From assembly GCA_041917695.1 (NCBI GenBank), contig JAYRXE010000037.1, positions 130,155 through 194,154 on the forward strand: 64,000 nucleotides of DNA. Reading direction: 5' to 3'. Origin of the DNA: Minisyncoccota bacterium (GTDB lineage Bacteria; Patescibacteriota; Minisyncoccia; UBA6257; GWB1-50-10). Position numbers and translations under genes: made by a program. Positions 48,285-57,635 of this stretch are shown here, piece by piece. The first letter of the stretch is position 1; each line of letters starts with the position of its first letter. The notes beneath the pieces are model-generated. The model was not told where the DNA came from, made no database searches, and was given only the letters and a program-made list of their open reading frames with translations.

Positions 48285-50153
48285 ATGGCAAAAATATTAG
48301 GAATAGACTTGGGAACGACGAACTCGGCGATGGCCGTGATGGAAGGCGGCGAGCCGAAGATCCTCGAAAACCACGAAGGGAACCGCACGACGCCGTCGGT
48401 GGCGGCGGTCTCAAAATCGGGTGAACGGCTCGTGGGGCTTTTGGCGAAGCGCCAGGCTGTCGTAAACCCGGCAAACACCATTTTTTCCGTGAAGCGGCTT
48501 ATCGGCCGCGCATGGACGGATGAGGAGGTTGAGCGGGACAAGAAATGGCTTCCGTACGAACTCCGCAAGGCGGAGCAGGGAGGCGTGGAAATCAAGATGG
48601 GGGAGAAGTGGTACAAGCCTGAGGAAATTTCCGCGATGATCCTTCAGAAGATGAAGCTTGATGCGGAAGCGAAGCTCGGCGAGAAAATTGACGAGGCCGT
48701 CATCACCGTTCCCGCCTATTTCAACGACGCGGAACGTCAGGCGACGAAAAACGCCGGGGAAATCGCGGGCTTCACCGTGCGCCGCATCGTGAACGAGCCG
48801 ACGGCCGCGGCGCTTGCCTACGGCATGAACCGCAAGAAGGAAGAGAAGATTTGCGTGTACGATTTTGGCGGCGGCACGTTCGACATCTCCATCCTTGAAG
48901 TGGGGGACGATACCGTCGAAGTGAAGGCGACCGGCGGGGATACGCACCTCGGGGGCGACGATTTCGACAAGATTATCATCGAGCATTTGGTCTCCGAATA
49001 TAAGAAGACCGACGGCATCGACCTCTCGAACGATTCCCTGGCGCTTCAGCGCCTCAAAGAGGCGGCGGAGCGGGCGAAGCACGAACTTTCGAGCGCGTCC
49101 GAAACGGAAATCAACCTTCCGTATATCACCTCCGACGCATCGGGGCCGAAGCATTTCCTCATGAAATTCACCCGGGCGAAGTTCGAGGACTTGGTGCGGG
49201 AGCTCGTGGCGCGCTCCATCGCGCTCACCCGCGAAACGGTAACGGCACCGGCACCCAAGGGCGCCGGACTCCAGCTTTCCGATATCGACGAAGTGATTTT
49301 GGTCGGCGGGCAGACGCGCATGCCGCTCGTGCAGGAAGAAGTAAAGAAGCTTTTCGGGAAGGACGCGCACAAAGGCATCAACCCGGACGAGGTGGTTGCT
49401 TTGGGCGCAGCGGTTCAGGCCGGTATTTTGCAGGGAGACGTGAAGGACATTCTCCTGCTCGACGTCACCCCGCTTTCGCTTTCCATTGAGACCTTGGGCG
49501 GCGTTGCGACGCCGATGATTCCGAAAAACACCACTGTCCCCACGAAGAAGACTCAGGTGTTTTCTACCGCCGCGGACAACCAAACATCCGTTGAAATCCA
49601 TGTGGGCCAGGGGGAACGCCCGATGATGGCGGACAACAAAACTCTTGCGCGGTTTATTCTGGATGGCATTCCGCCCGCCGCGCGCGGCATTCCGCAGGTC
49701 GAAGTCACCTTCGACATCGATGCGAACGGCATCTTGAACGTTTCTGCGAAAGATACGGCATCGGGGAAGACCCAGTCGGTCAAGATTGAGGCTTCGACGG
49801 CGCTTTCGAAGGAGGAAATCGAGCGCTTGAAGCGCGAGGCGGAAACCTTCGCTGCGGAGGACGAAAAGAAACGTGCCCTGATAGACGCGAAGAATCGCGC
49901 GGAGACGCTCGTCTACACGGCAGAGAAAAGTCTCCGCGACGGCGGTGAAAAGGTGCCCGCCGAGGCGAAGGCTGACGTTGAGGAAAAGATCAAGCGCGTG
50001 AAAGAACTTGCGAATTCCGAAAACCGCGACGATATCGAACGGGCGGCGGGCGAACTTTCCGCATCGCTCCAAAAAATAGGGGAGGCGATGTACAATAATA
50101 AAACATCGGAAAACCCCGGCGAGCCCAAAGATGTTCCAGGAACCGACAATTGA
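48285..50153 (+). CDS. dnaK: Molecular chaperone DnaK (Hsp70)
   Basis: [18 protein letters not shown]...[12 protein letters not shown]...[11 protein letters not shown]. Confidence 0.95.
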   Translation: MAKILGIDLGTTNSAMAVMEGGEPKILENHEGNRTTPSVAAVSKSGERLVGLLAKRQAVVNPANTIFSVKRLIGRAWTDEEVERDKKWLPYELRKAEQGGVEIKMGEKWYKPEEISAMILQKMKLDAEAKLGEKIDEAVITVPAYFNDAERQATKNAGEIAGFTVRRIVNEPTAAALAYGMNRKKEEKICVYDFGGGTFDISILEVGDDTVEVKATGGDTHLGGDDFDKIIIEHLVSEYKKTDGIDLSNDSLALQRLKEAAERAKHELSSASETEINLPYITSDASGPKHFLMKFTRAKFEDLVRELVARSIALTRETVTAPAPKGAGLQLSDIDEVILVGGQTRMPLVQEEVKKLFGKDAHKGINPDEVVALGAAVQAGILQGDVKDILLLDVTPLSLSIETLGGVATPMIPKNTTVPTKKTQVFSTAADNQTSVEIHVGQGERPMMADNKTLARFILDGIPPAARGIPQVEVTFDIDANGILNVSAKDTASGKTQSVKIEASTALSKEEIERLKREAETFAAEDEKKRALIDAKNRAETLVYTAEKSLRDGGEKVPAEAKADVEEKIKRVKELANSENRDDIERAAGELSASLQKIGEAMYNNKTSENPGEPKDVPGTDN

Positions 50154-51177
50154 ATCGCGCGGCAAAACCGCCGAGATAGACCAAAATAACCTCAAGATAC
50201 TTGTCTTGGGGATTTTGGGCATTGGCGCTTCCGCCGCTTCTACGCATTTCTTCCTGCGGCTTCTTTCGGCGCTCACGCTTCCGCACTTCCTGCTGTGGCT
50301 CGGGTGTGTTTCGCTCTTTCTCATTCTTGTCGTGCTCCAGGCGCTTTTTGTGAAGCGCTTCTCAAAACTTTTTGCGATATGCGCGCTTGAGTGCCTTGCG
50401 GTGTTGCCGTTTTTCATTTCCCAGCTGTATCCCGTTTCCGTCCCGCTTCTTGTCGGGTTCGCCCTCTTCGCTGTTTTCTTCATTACCGGCGTGTATGAAG
50501 GATGGAAGTTCATCGCGGAGTCCCTTTCGTTGCGGTTTTCCTTCGTCTCGCGGAACATCCTTTCCCGCGTAGCGACGGGCTTGCTCATCTTTCTTTCCGT
50601 CGTCACGTACGTGTGGTATTTCGACCTCGGCCGGTTCAATCCCGAAGACGGAAAGCGTTTGGTGGCGGGCGGGGTCGTTTCAATCGAGCCTGCGCTTCGG
50701 GTGTGGTTCCCGGGGACATCCATGAACGACACGGTGGAAAGCTTCTTCAGGAAAGCGGCGGAGTCGGAGCTCCGCAAGCTTCCGGAGCCCCAGCCTCCCC
50801 AGGGGCTTACGCAGAACGAACGGACCGATTTCCAGGTGCTCACGAAGCAACAGCAGGAGCGCGCGATTGCCGAAGGCGGCGAGGCGATGCGCCAATCCTT
50901 TGAAAAAACCTTCGGGCCCTTGCCGAAGACGGCGCTGGTGAAAGACGCGTTCTATGCGATTGTTTCTGGGCAGATACAGGCCTTTTCAGCAAAGACCCGG
51001 AGCTATTTCGGGCTTATCGTCGCGCTTCTCGTCTTTTCCACCTTCCGGAGCCTGTTTGCGCTTTTCCTGCCGTTTGTCCGGCTCCTCTCGTTCCTCCTCT
51101 ACAAGCTTTTGGTGATCACGGGATTCGCGTACGTCACGGTTGAGACGCGGAACCGTGAATTCATCATGCTGTCATAA
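50131..51177 (+). CDS. Hypothetical polytopic membrane protein inserted between dnaK and dnaJ
   Basis: A 348-aa ORF with several hydrophobic helices and no recognised motif. Its start overlaps the dnaK 3' end and is uncertain. Confidence 0.4.
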   Translation: MFQEPTIESRGKTAEIDQNNLKILVLGILGIGASAASTHFFLRLLSALTLPHFLLWLGCVSLFLILVVLQALFVKRFSKLFAICALECLAVLPFFISQLYPVSVPLLVGFALFAVFFITGVYEGWKFIAESLSLRFSFVSRNILSRVATGLLIFLSVVTYVWYFDLGRFNPEDGKRLVAGGVVSIEPALRVWFPGTSMNDTVESFFRKAAESELRKLPEPQPPQGLTQNERTDFQVLTKQQQERAIAEGGEAMRQSFEKTFGPLPKTALVKDAFYAIVSGQIQAFSAKTRSYFGLIVALLVFSTFRSLFALFLPFVRLLSFLLYKLLVITGFAYVTVETRNREFIMLS

Positions 51178-51182
51178 CTATC

Positions 51183-52277
51183 ATGAGAGACTATTACGAG
51201 ATCCTGGGAGTCGCGAAAACGGCGACCGAGGACGAAATTAAAAAAGCCTACCGCCGCCTCGCCCACAAATACCATCCCGACAAAAGCGGGGGAGACAGCG
51301 AGAAATTCAAGGAGGTGAACGAGGCGTATCAGGTGCTTTCGAGCAAGGATAAGCGGGCGCAGTACGACCGCTTCGGACGCGTCTTCGACGGCGCCCAGCC
51401 GGGCGCTGGAGGCGCAGGTTTCGGCGGTTTCGACCCGTCGAACTTCGCGCAGTGGAACGTGAACGGTTCGAATTTCGGCGATTTCGGCGACATCTTCGAG
51501 ACCATCTTTTCCGAATTCGGGGGCACGCGCCGGCGCCGCGAAACCTACCGCCGGGGGAGCGATATCGAAGTTGCGGAGGCGATAACCCTTGAGGAATCAT
51601 TCACGGGCGTCACCCGCACGCTCCGTTTCCGCACGCACGTGGTTTGCGACCCGTGCAAGGGTCTCGGGCATTTCCCCGATGAAGGATTTTCCGATTGTTC
51701 CGTGTGCGGGGGGAAAGGCGAGGTGACGGTCCAGCAACGGACGTTTTTCGGCAACTTCGCCCAGGTGCGCACCTGCGAGAAATGTTTCGGGAAAGGAAAG
51801 ATTCCCAAGAAGATCTGCTCAACGTGCCAGGGGGCGGGACGGGTCGAAGGAAAGCGTGAAGTGGAAGTTGCTTTCGCGCCGGGCATCGAAGACGGCCAAA
51901 TCATCAAGCTGAAGGGCGCGGGCGAGGCGGGCGAACGGGGGGCTGGCGTCGGCGATTTGTATGTCGTCGTGAACGTCCGCCCGCATGCGGTTTTTGAGAG
52001 GCGCAAGGGGGATCTTTTCACGCGCAAGGAAATAAAAATCACGGCCGCGCTCCTTGGAACGGAAATCGAGATGCAGGATATCGCGGGCGGCACATTCACT
52101 TTTGCGGTGCCGGCAGGATTCAACTTTGAGGAGCCCCTCAAAGTTTCGGGGAAGGGCATGCCCAAATTCGGCTTTTCCGGCAGGGGCGACCTCTACGTGC
52201 GCCTTTCCTTCAAGACGCCGAAAAAGCTTTCCCAGAAGGCACGCAAGCTCCTCGAGGAGCTGAACGAGGAGATTTGA
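51183..52277 (+). CDS. dnaJ: Chaperone DnaJ
   Basis: J-domain YYEILGV...[14 protein letters not shown], a G/F-rich linker, and four CxxCxGxG repeats ([32 protein letters not shown]). Confidence 0.9.
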   Translation: MRDYYEILGVAKTATEDEIKKAYRRLAHKYHPDKSGGDSEKFKEVNEAYQVLSSKDKRAQYDRFGRVFDGAQPGAGGAGFGGFDPSNFAQWNVNGSNFGDFGDIFETIFSEFGGTRRRRETYRRGSDIEVAEAITLEESFTGVTRTLRFRTHVVCDPCKGLGHFPDEGFSDCSVCGGKGEVTVQQRTFFGNFAQVRTCEKCFGKGKIPKKICSTCQGAGRVEGKREVEVAFAPGIEDGQIIKLKGAGEAGERGAGVGDLYVVVNVRPHAVFERRKGDLFTRKEIKITAALLGTEIEMQDIAGGTFTFAVPAGFNFEEPLKVSGKGMPKFGFSGRGDLYVRLSFKTPKKLSQKARKLLEELNEEI

Positions 52278-52289
52278 CTTTCCAACGGG

Positions 52290-52455
52290 TTTCCTTTTAG
52301 AATAGTTCCATATCCGTAGACCGCTCCGACGTAAAAGTCGGAGTCCCGACCGAAGCGTCGGGACAGGCATCCCAGAGAAAAGGGAAGAAGCCCTGCCGAG
52401 GAATCACCAGTTTCTTATGGTTTACGGCTTATAAAGGTCGTATTTTTTTATTGTC
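52290..52455 (+). promoter_or_regulatory. Structured 5' leader of rplJ-rplL (possible L10 autoregulatory leader)
   Basis: Hairpins CTCCGAC-GTAAAA-GTCGGAG and TCCCGAC-CGAAGC-GTCGGGA lie in the 178-nt gap before rplJ. The assignment is by position only. Confidence 0.3.
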
Positions 52456-52947
52456 ATGAAAACCAAAATCCAAAAAACGGCACAGATTGAGGGAGGTCTC
52501 AAGCGCATGGAATCGTCGAAGACGATGCTTTTCGCTGACTTCACGGGGACGCCGGTGAACGACATGAACTCGTTCCGCAAGTCGCTCCATGCGGCCGGCG
52601 CGAAGTTCGAAGTCTTCAAGAAGCGTCTTCTGCGCGTCGCCTTCGAAAAGAAGGGGATTCAGGTGAATCCGGAGGATTTCACGGGACAAGTCGGCGTCGC
52701 ATTCTCGCCCGAATCGATTGAATCGGTCGCGGGGGCAGCGTACGGCTTCTCCAAGCAGGCGAAGACGTTCCGCATTCTCGGCGGTTTCGACCTCGCCGGT
52801 GCGAAATTCTTCACGGGAGAAGAAGTGACGGCAATCGGCATGTTGCCGCCGCGCGAAGTGCTTTTGGCACAGGTCGTGGGCACCATGGCCGCGCCGATGA
52901 GCGCCTTGCTCTATGTGCTTCAGGAGCGGGCGAAACAAGTGCAATAA
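52456..52947 (+). CDS. rplJ: 50S ribosomal protein L10
   Basis: ...LFADFTGTPVNDMNSFRKSLHAAGAKFEVFKKRLLRVAF... is the L10 fold. It lies upstream of rplL. Confidence 0.85.
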   Translation: MKTKIQKTAQIEGGLKRMESSKTMLFADFTGTPVNDMNSFRKSLHAAGAKFEVFKKRLLRVAFEKKGIQVNPEDFTGQVGVAFSPESIESVAGAAYGFSKQAKTFRILGGFDLAGAKFFTGEEVTAIGMLPPREVLLAQVVGTMAAPMSALLYVLQERAKQVQ

Positions 52948-52981
52948 AAGTCGTACAATAAAACGCACACAATAAATTACT

Positions 52982-53350
52982 ATGAGCGAAAAATTTGAGG
53001 ACATTGCGTCCAAGATCGAATCCATGAGCGTCATCGAGCTCGCTGAGCTCGTGAAGGTGCTCCAGGAAAAGTTCGGCGTTTCGGCAGCGATGCCGGCGGC
53101 CGGAGGCGCGGCTGCGGGAGGCGCGGCTGCGGAAGAGAAGTCCGAATTCAACGTCGTGTTGAAGTCGGCTGGCGACCAGAAGATCAACGTCATCAAGGTC
53201 ATCCGCGAAGCGACGGGTCTCGGACTCAAGGAGTCGAAGGACATCGTCGACGGCGCGCCGAAGACGGTGAAGGAAGCCTTGAAGAAGGAAGACGCCGAAG
53301 AGTTGAAGAAGAAACTCGAAGACGCCGGCGCGGTCGTAGAGCTTCAGTAA
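52982..53350 (+). CDS. rplL: 50S ribosomal protein L7/L12
   Basis: ...[29 protein letters not shown]..., an Ala/Gly hinge, and ...[53 protein letters not shown]. Confidence 0.9.
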   Translation: MSEKFEDIASKIESMSVIELAELVKVLQEKFGVSAAMPAAGGAAAGGAAAEEKSEFNVVLKSAGDQKINVIKVIREATGLGLKESKDIVDGAPKTVKEALKKEDAEELKKKLEDAGAVVELQ

Positions 53351-53369
53351 GCGCTACGCCAAACCGAAT

Positions 53370-53401
53370 AAAAAAGCCGCTTCGCGAGAAGCGGCTTTTT
53401 G
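53370..53401. terminator. Bidirectional terminator between convergent rplL and tig
   Basis: AAAAA-GCCGCTTC-GCGA-GAAGCGGC-TTTTT. Confidence 0.8.
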
Positions 53402-53403
53402 GT

Positions 53404-54414
53404 TTATGAGGCGTTTTCGATGAATTCAAGCGCTTTTTGGCGGAGCAGGGCTGTTTTTGCCACCTGCTTTAAGCGCTCGTAATCGGCTTCCTGGTAATAC
53501 ATGCGGAGCTGCATGGCTTCCCGTTCAACCTCAGCTTCGTCGGGTTCGATTTTTTCTTCCTTAGCGATGCGTTCAAGGATCATTTTCATTTTTTCGTTCT
53601 TTTCCCTGAATGAAAGCTCTTCTTTCAAGAATTCCTCCTCAGTCTTCTTGTATCCCTTTAAAATTGCGTCCTTCGTGGTTTTATGCCGTCCCGCGTGGTC
53701 TTCGAGTTCGCCGAGAATCGCGGCGCGTTCATCTTCAGCCCAGTAGGCGGGAAGTTCAAAGGGCGTTTTCTCGAGTAGGCGCTTGCCGAGCTCTTCGCGA
53801 CGATTCATTTTTGCGGCTTCTTCCTTTTCTTCCGCAAGATGCTCCCGGAGTTTTGTTTTGAAATCTTCTACCGTCTCAAATTTGCCGATTTGCTTCACGG
53901 TTTCATCGGTAAGGGCGAAGGGGGTTTCGTCTTTTGAGCGTGCGGTCTCAAGTTCCTTTATTACCTGAGCTATTTCTTCGTCCTTCACTTCCGACTTTTC
54001 TTTCGGGAGTTCTTTCCCAAGAGATTTATAGTTCGGCAGTTTGAATTCTGGCACGATGCCGACTTCGATTTTGAACTCAAGCGGGCTTCCAAGAACGAAT
54101 TTTTTGACTTCAACGCGCGGATAGGTGAGGGGAACAAGTTCGTATTCATGGATGAGGTGGGGGTAAGCGTGCTTCAACGCCGCATTAGCGCCTTCCTCGA
54201 AGAGCGTGGCTTCGCCGATTTCCTTGCGCACGATTTCCTCCGGTACGTTTCCCGGGCGGAAACCCGGATGTTTGAATTCCCGCTGCGTGTCGCGCAAAAC
54301 CGCGCCCATATGCATGCCAATCGCATCAAGTGTTATCTCGCCCTCGATTATTGCGACGGCGTCTTTTTTTGAAAACTTTACCTTATCGTAAAGTTTTGCG
54401 TGATCGTGTTCCAT
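53404..54414 (-). CDS. tig: Trigger factor, short form lacking the FKBP/PPIase domain
   Basis: N-terminal ribosome-binding domain with the GFRPGNVP signature, then a helical C-terminal arm. At 336 aa it has no FKBP-like segment. Confidence 0.7.
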   Translation of the reverse strand: MEHDHAKLYDKVKFSKKDAVAIIEGEITLDAIGMHMGAVLRDTQREFKHPGFRPGNVPEEIVRKEIGEATLFEEGANAALKHAYPHLIHEYELVPLTYPRVEVKKFVLGSPLEFKIEVGIVPEFKLPNYKSLGKELPKEKSEVKDEEIAQVIKELETARSKDETPFALTDETVKQIGKFETVEDFKTKLREHLAEEKEEAAKMNRREELGKRLLEKTPFELPAYWAEDERAAILGELEDHAGRHKTTKDAILKGYKKTEEEFLKEELSFREKNEKMKMILERIAKEEKIEPDEAEVEREAMQLRMYYQEADYERLKQVAKTALLRQKALEFIENAS

Positions 54415-54513
54415 GCGTCAAAGAATAGTATAGAAGGGGGAGGAGAGCAAGAAAATTTGACTTTACAACTGTTTTTCGGGATAGTAATGGCAGAAATTTA
54501 AAAGGAGATTTAT

Positions 54514-54762
54514 ATGGAAACACTCGCCTATGTTTTTATCGGGCTTTTTATTCTTGCTGCGCTTGCAGCTTTTTATTTCTCTCGCGTGGCTCACAAACAG
54601 GTCAAAGAGCTGGAATCTCAAAACGCCCTTATCCTTGATATATGGCACGTGGTTACGCATAAGGGGCCTGAAGAGGCGCATGAGGATGTTAAACAAATCC
54701 TTTCAGCCGATTCCAGTCTGTTCAAAACCCACGAAACGGAGGATGCGCATGAGGAAAAATGA
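54514..54762 (+). CDS. Small membrane protein (82 aa), hypothetical
   Basis: The TM helix YVFIGLFILAALAAFYF. Upstream lie TTGACT (54457-62) and SD AAAGGAG 6 nt before the ATG. Confidence 0.35.
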   Translation: METLAYVFIGLFILAALAAFYFSRVAHKQVKELESQNALILDIWHVVTHKGPEEAHEDVKQILSADSSLFKTHETEDAHEEK

Positions 54763-54994
54763 TGCAAATCAATTTCTGAACGAAAATGGCGCCATTCCCG
54801 AAGGCGTTGCTCAAAGCGTCCGGGAATTTTTTGAAAGCTATGTTACTTTGAAACGCGCTCTCGATGAACGGGGGAGGAATGCGTTCCGGACTCAGAGGAA
54901 ACTGAGAAAATTATGCTGGGAAATCTCGCGCGTCTTGCAAATGCCTTTTGCCGACGTGCGAGAGTGTATGGAAAATATTTTTAAAGCAATCTGA
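54743..54994 (+). CDS. Small soluble protein (about 84 aa), hypothetical; overlaps the previous ORF end
   Basis: MRMRKNDANQFLNENG...FRTQRKLRKLCWEISRV... in the frame of track ORF 54530-54994. Confidence 0.3.
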   Translation: MRMRKNDANQFLNENGAIPEGVAQSVREFFESYVTLKRALDERGRNAFRTQRKLRKLCWEISRVLQMPFADVRECMENIFKAI

Positions 54995-55003
54995 TTTGTT
55001 ATA

Positions 55004-55030
55004 AAAGCCGCCATCGAGCGGCTTTTTTAT
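55004..55030 (+). terminator. Rho-independent terminator
   Basis: AGCCGC-CATCGA-GCGGCT followed by TTTTTAT. Confidence 0.75.
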
Positions 55031-55062
55031 TGCGTGCTATAATTTGCAAAACGACATACAAC

Positions 55063-55206
55063 ATGCCGAGAGGATTGGGAGAGAAGGGATGGTGGCTTTT
55101 GGGGATTGCCGGGGCTATTGTGGTCATCGGGTATCTTTTCTTTGCGGCGCCCGAAAAAACTCCGAATACGCCGGCGGGTGGGGCGCCCTCCGAAGAAACG
55201 CGATAG
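55063..55206 (+). CDS. Possible 47-aa membrane peptide
   Basis: A TATAAT at 55038-43, then ATG giving MPRGLGEKGWWLLGIAGAIVVIGYLFFAAPEKTPNTPAGGAPSEETR. Below the ORF-track cutoff. Confidence 0.25.
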   Translation: MPRGLGEKGWWLLGIAGAIVVIGYLFFAAPEKTPNTPAGGAPSEETR

Positions 55207-55263
55207 GAGGCTTTCTTATTTTCTTGATTTCCGGTGGGTGAGTCGCTACTATCAAAAAGCACA

Positions 55264-55334
55264 TTGCGGGATCGTCTAACGGTAGGACGTTTGGCTCTGA
55301 ACCAAAAAATTGGGGTTCGATTCCCTGTCCCGCA
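55264..55334 (+). tRNA. tRNA-Gln (anticodon CTG)
   Basis: Acceptor TGCGGGA/TCCCGCA with U1:A72, a 3-bp D-stem GTC/GAC, anticodon arm TTTGG-CTCTGAA-CCAAA (CUG), T-arm TGGGG-TTCGATT-CCCTG, and discriminator G. Confidence 0.75.
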
Positions 55335-55485
55335 GCAAAAACAGAAACGCCGGCTTAATGTCGGCGTTTCTGGTTTGGTGTAGAATGGAGGGGAATCGAA
55401 CGGAAAGGGGGTCGGGGAAACGGGAGTTTCCCTGTGGCGGATGCCCTGAAACCGCTGGGTTTCAGAGAGCGAAGCGACGTGAGAC

Positions 55486-55500
55486 CTCCCTGTCCCGCAG
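55486..55500 (+). repeat. 15-nt exact direct repeat of the tRNA-Gln 3' end (TCCCTGTCCCGCAGC), putative att-site remnant
   Basis: Identical to 55321-55335 (T-stem 3' half, acceptor 3' strand and discriminator). It lies 165 nt downstream of the tRNA, just before the low-GC insert. Confidence 0.55.
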
Positions 55501-55551
55501 CAAAGTTGAGAGACGCTCGAGGTCTATTAGGGTAATAAAAAATTTTTAGCT

Positions 55552-56517
55552 ATGGCTGGATACGATCAAACCATAATAGTTAGAGCAGTTTTTGAAAAAG
55601 AAGCTAGGAAATTTTTTGGTTTCCTTCAGAATATAGGAAGAAGATATGCTAGACCGGTAAGAATTAATTATCGTTATTTGAAAAGAGGTCGTTTCCATGT
55701 GGTGGTAGACGGAGGCTCAGGTGGAATAGATGCTCTTTTTCAAGAACTTGTAATTAATAGGGGGTTATACTATTACGCTTGCACTTTACAAAATAAAAGA
55801 ATAATTATTGATGGTGTTGTTGTTCCAATATTTAAGCAATTAATTGACTATAGATTCCTTAATTCCCAGGCGAGATTTTTAAGAAAACATATTCTAGGTA
55901 AACACGCACAAACAGATTTTGTACCAAGTTATATAAAAAATAAATTTGGAAATTCGTTTGAAATTCTCTTTAGAAAATGGGATTTAAAATCCATTTCTAA
56001 CAAAGAGTATGTAGTGGAGCTAGACGCGCTCTTAAACGACTTTCTTTTAGAGAAGCTTGGGCACAAGCCAGGCGGGAAAAGTAAGGATTTTTATAACTTA
56101 GTACGAGACGCAAAAAAAGTTTTTCCTTTAGGAGGAGATGTAGAAACTGCTTTTCGAAAAACCCATGATTTAAGAACTCGGTTTTTGCATAGACGAATAG
56201 ATGCTTCAAGGGAAACTGTAAATATAGAAGAAATTTCCATTATTTTATATAACTATTTTAGTTATTTAGATGACTTTGAATATTCACAGCGTTTTAAATA
56301 TATTATGAAACGCGGTAAAAAATATAAGCGATATAAGTACGGCGAGGCTATTTGGAAAACGAAAGGTCATGAGATTTTTGAGGAATCAAAAGTAGCTCAT
56401 AATCCTTGCTCTGACTGTGATGTTCTGAAGGGTTTCTATCATGTTGAGGGTTGCGATATCGAACGGTGTCCCGCTTGCGGAGGTCAATTGTTATCATGCG
56501 GCCACAGATCTTTTTAA
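55552..56517 (+). CDS. Hypothetical protein on tRNA-Gln-adjacent low-GC islet; C-terminal Cys/His zinc-ribbon-like motif
   Basis: A 321-aa protein, AT-rich and Lys/Tyr/Phe-rich. The C-terminus reads [36 protein letters not shown], and a central Rx4H-like RTRFLHRR is present. No transposase or integrase motif was seen. Confidence 0.4.
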   Translation: MAGYDQTIIVRAVFEKEARKFFGFLQNIGRRYARPVRINYRYLKRGRFHVVVDGGSGGIDALFQELVINRGLYYYACTLQNKRIIIDGVVVPIFKQLIDYRFLNSQARFLRKHILGKHAQTDFVPSYIKNKFGNSFEILFRKWDLKSISNKEYVVELDALLNDFLLEKLGHKPGGKSKDFYNLVRDAKKVFPLGGDVETAFRKTHDLRTRFLHRRIDASRETVNIEEISIILYNYFSYLDDFEYSQRFKYIMKRGKKYKRYKYGEAIWKTKGHEIFEESKVAHNPCSDCDVLKGFYHVEGCDIERCPACGGQLLSCGHRSF

Positions 56518-56669
56518 CGCCTCTTTTTGAATAAGAAATAACGCTCGAGACCCGTCGGGAAACAGTTTAAAATTAATTCAAATTCACCTTACAGGGCTTG
56601 AACCCCAACGGTTCAAGCTCGACTTGGCCAGCCAAGCTAAGCGAGACCTCGAGAGAATTAAATTAACGC

Positions 56670-57239
56670 ATGGAATACATTGAGGATCATGGCCTTTTAG
56701 GCACTAACTTCTATTGGCATAAATTCGCCAATCATGGACTCACCAAGGAAGATATTCTCTCTGCTGGAGTGGAAAACGACCGCGTGCAAGTCAGTAATGA
56801 AATAATCCAACCCCTCTGCGAAGTGGATAAGGAACTGCAAAAACGGGGATGGCGTTTGTATATAAAAGAAGGATACAGGTCGGAAGCTTTATATAAAATC
56901 GTCTACCAGCGGCGCGTGGAAAAATACGGCAAGGAGGCAACTGATGCGCTTTTCAACATGAAGAGCATGCCCCATGCGCGCGGAACATCCGTCGATGTCG
57001 CCATTTGGGACGCGGGAAAAAACCAAGAGATATTCATGCGGAATAGCGACGACGGCAATCCCGCCCTTTTTATCGGCTTTTACAGGGGGAGAGGCGATGA
57101 AGAGGCGAGGAAATACCAAGAATTGCAGGATTATCTGGCAAATCTTATGATTGCGCACGGTTTCCGCATCGGCGCAAAGCGGGAATACTTCCATTTCGAT
57201 TATGCCCCCGGAAAAGAGCCGAACTATTCGCTTACGTAG
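56670..57239 (+). CDS. D-Ala-D-Ala dipeptidase-like (VanX/DdpX, peptidase M15D family)
   Basis: SMPHARGTSVDVAIWD matches the VanX S-x-H-x-x-G-x-A-x-D zinc site. EYFHFDYA matches the catalytic EWWHF-like motif. Confidence 0.6.
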   Translation: MEYIEDHGLLGTNFYWHKFANHGLTKEDILSAGVENDRVQVSNEIIQPLCEVDKELQKRGWRLYIKEGYRSEALYKIVYQRRVEKYGKEATDALFNMKSMPHARGTSVDVAIWDAGKNQEIFMRNSDDGNPALFIGFYRGRGDEEARKYQELQDYLANLMIAHGFRIGAKREYFHFDYAPGKEPNYSLT

Positions 57240-57310
57240 CGGTTCCATTTCCCATTTCCCGGAAATAGTGTAGGCTATTGCAATAAAGAGTCGATAAATC
57301 AATAAAACGT

Positions 57311-57568
57311 ATGGCACCGAAAACGAATTCCGCGTTCATGAAGCCGATGAACATCAGCCCCGAATTGGCTGTGGTGGTCGGCGAGGGTCCGATGCCGAGG
57401 TCTGAAGTCGTCAAAAAGCTTTGGGTCTACATCAAAAAGCACGGCCTTCAGGACGAACAGAACAAAAGAAATATAAACGCCGACGCCGCCTTGAAAGAGG
57501 TTTTCGGCGGCAAGGAGACGGTGAGCATGTTCGAAATGACGAAGCTCGTTTCGAAGCACCTTTCCTAA
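57311..57568 (+). CDS. SWIB/MDM2-domain protein
   Basis: ...NISPELAVVVGEGPMPRSEVVKKLWVYIKKHGLQDEQNKRNINADAALKEVFGGKETVSMFEMTKLVSKHL follows the SWIB pattern (LWxYIKxxxLQDxxNKRxIxxDxxLxxVFG...xMFxM). Confidence 0.6.
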   Translation: MAPKTNSAFMKPMNISPELAVVVGEGPMPRSEVVKKLWVYIKKHGLQDEQNKRNINADAALKEVFGGKETVSMFEMTKLVSKHLS

Positions 57569-57635
57569 GGATTTCAAACCATTGCTCAGTCGCCCCATAC
57601 GGGGCGGCTTTGCGTTTATACGCTATAATGAAGCC

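Noticed and set aside
48411-50843. 810-aa minus-strand ORF antisense to dnaK
   Set aside because: It is fully contained in the dnaK antisense frame. DnaK identity on the plus strand is unambiguous.
55380-55470. Possible minus-strand tRNA suggested by GGAATCGAAC (reverse complement GTTCGATTCC)
   Set aside because: The reverse complement does not fold into a cloverleaf: no complementary T-stem or acceptor stem could be drawn.
55512-56655. Short inverted repeats around CTCGAG (CTCGAGGTCT at 55518-27 vs its complement at 56644-53) flanking the 321-aa islet gene, as possible TIRs
   Set aside because: Six of the ten matching bases are the self-palindromic CTCGAG, so the effective match is about 4 nt. 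That is insufficient to call terminal inverted repeats, and there is no transposase.
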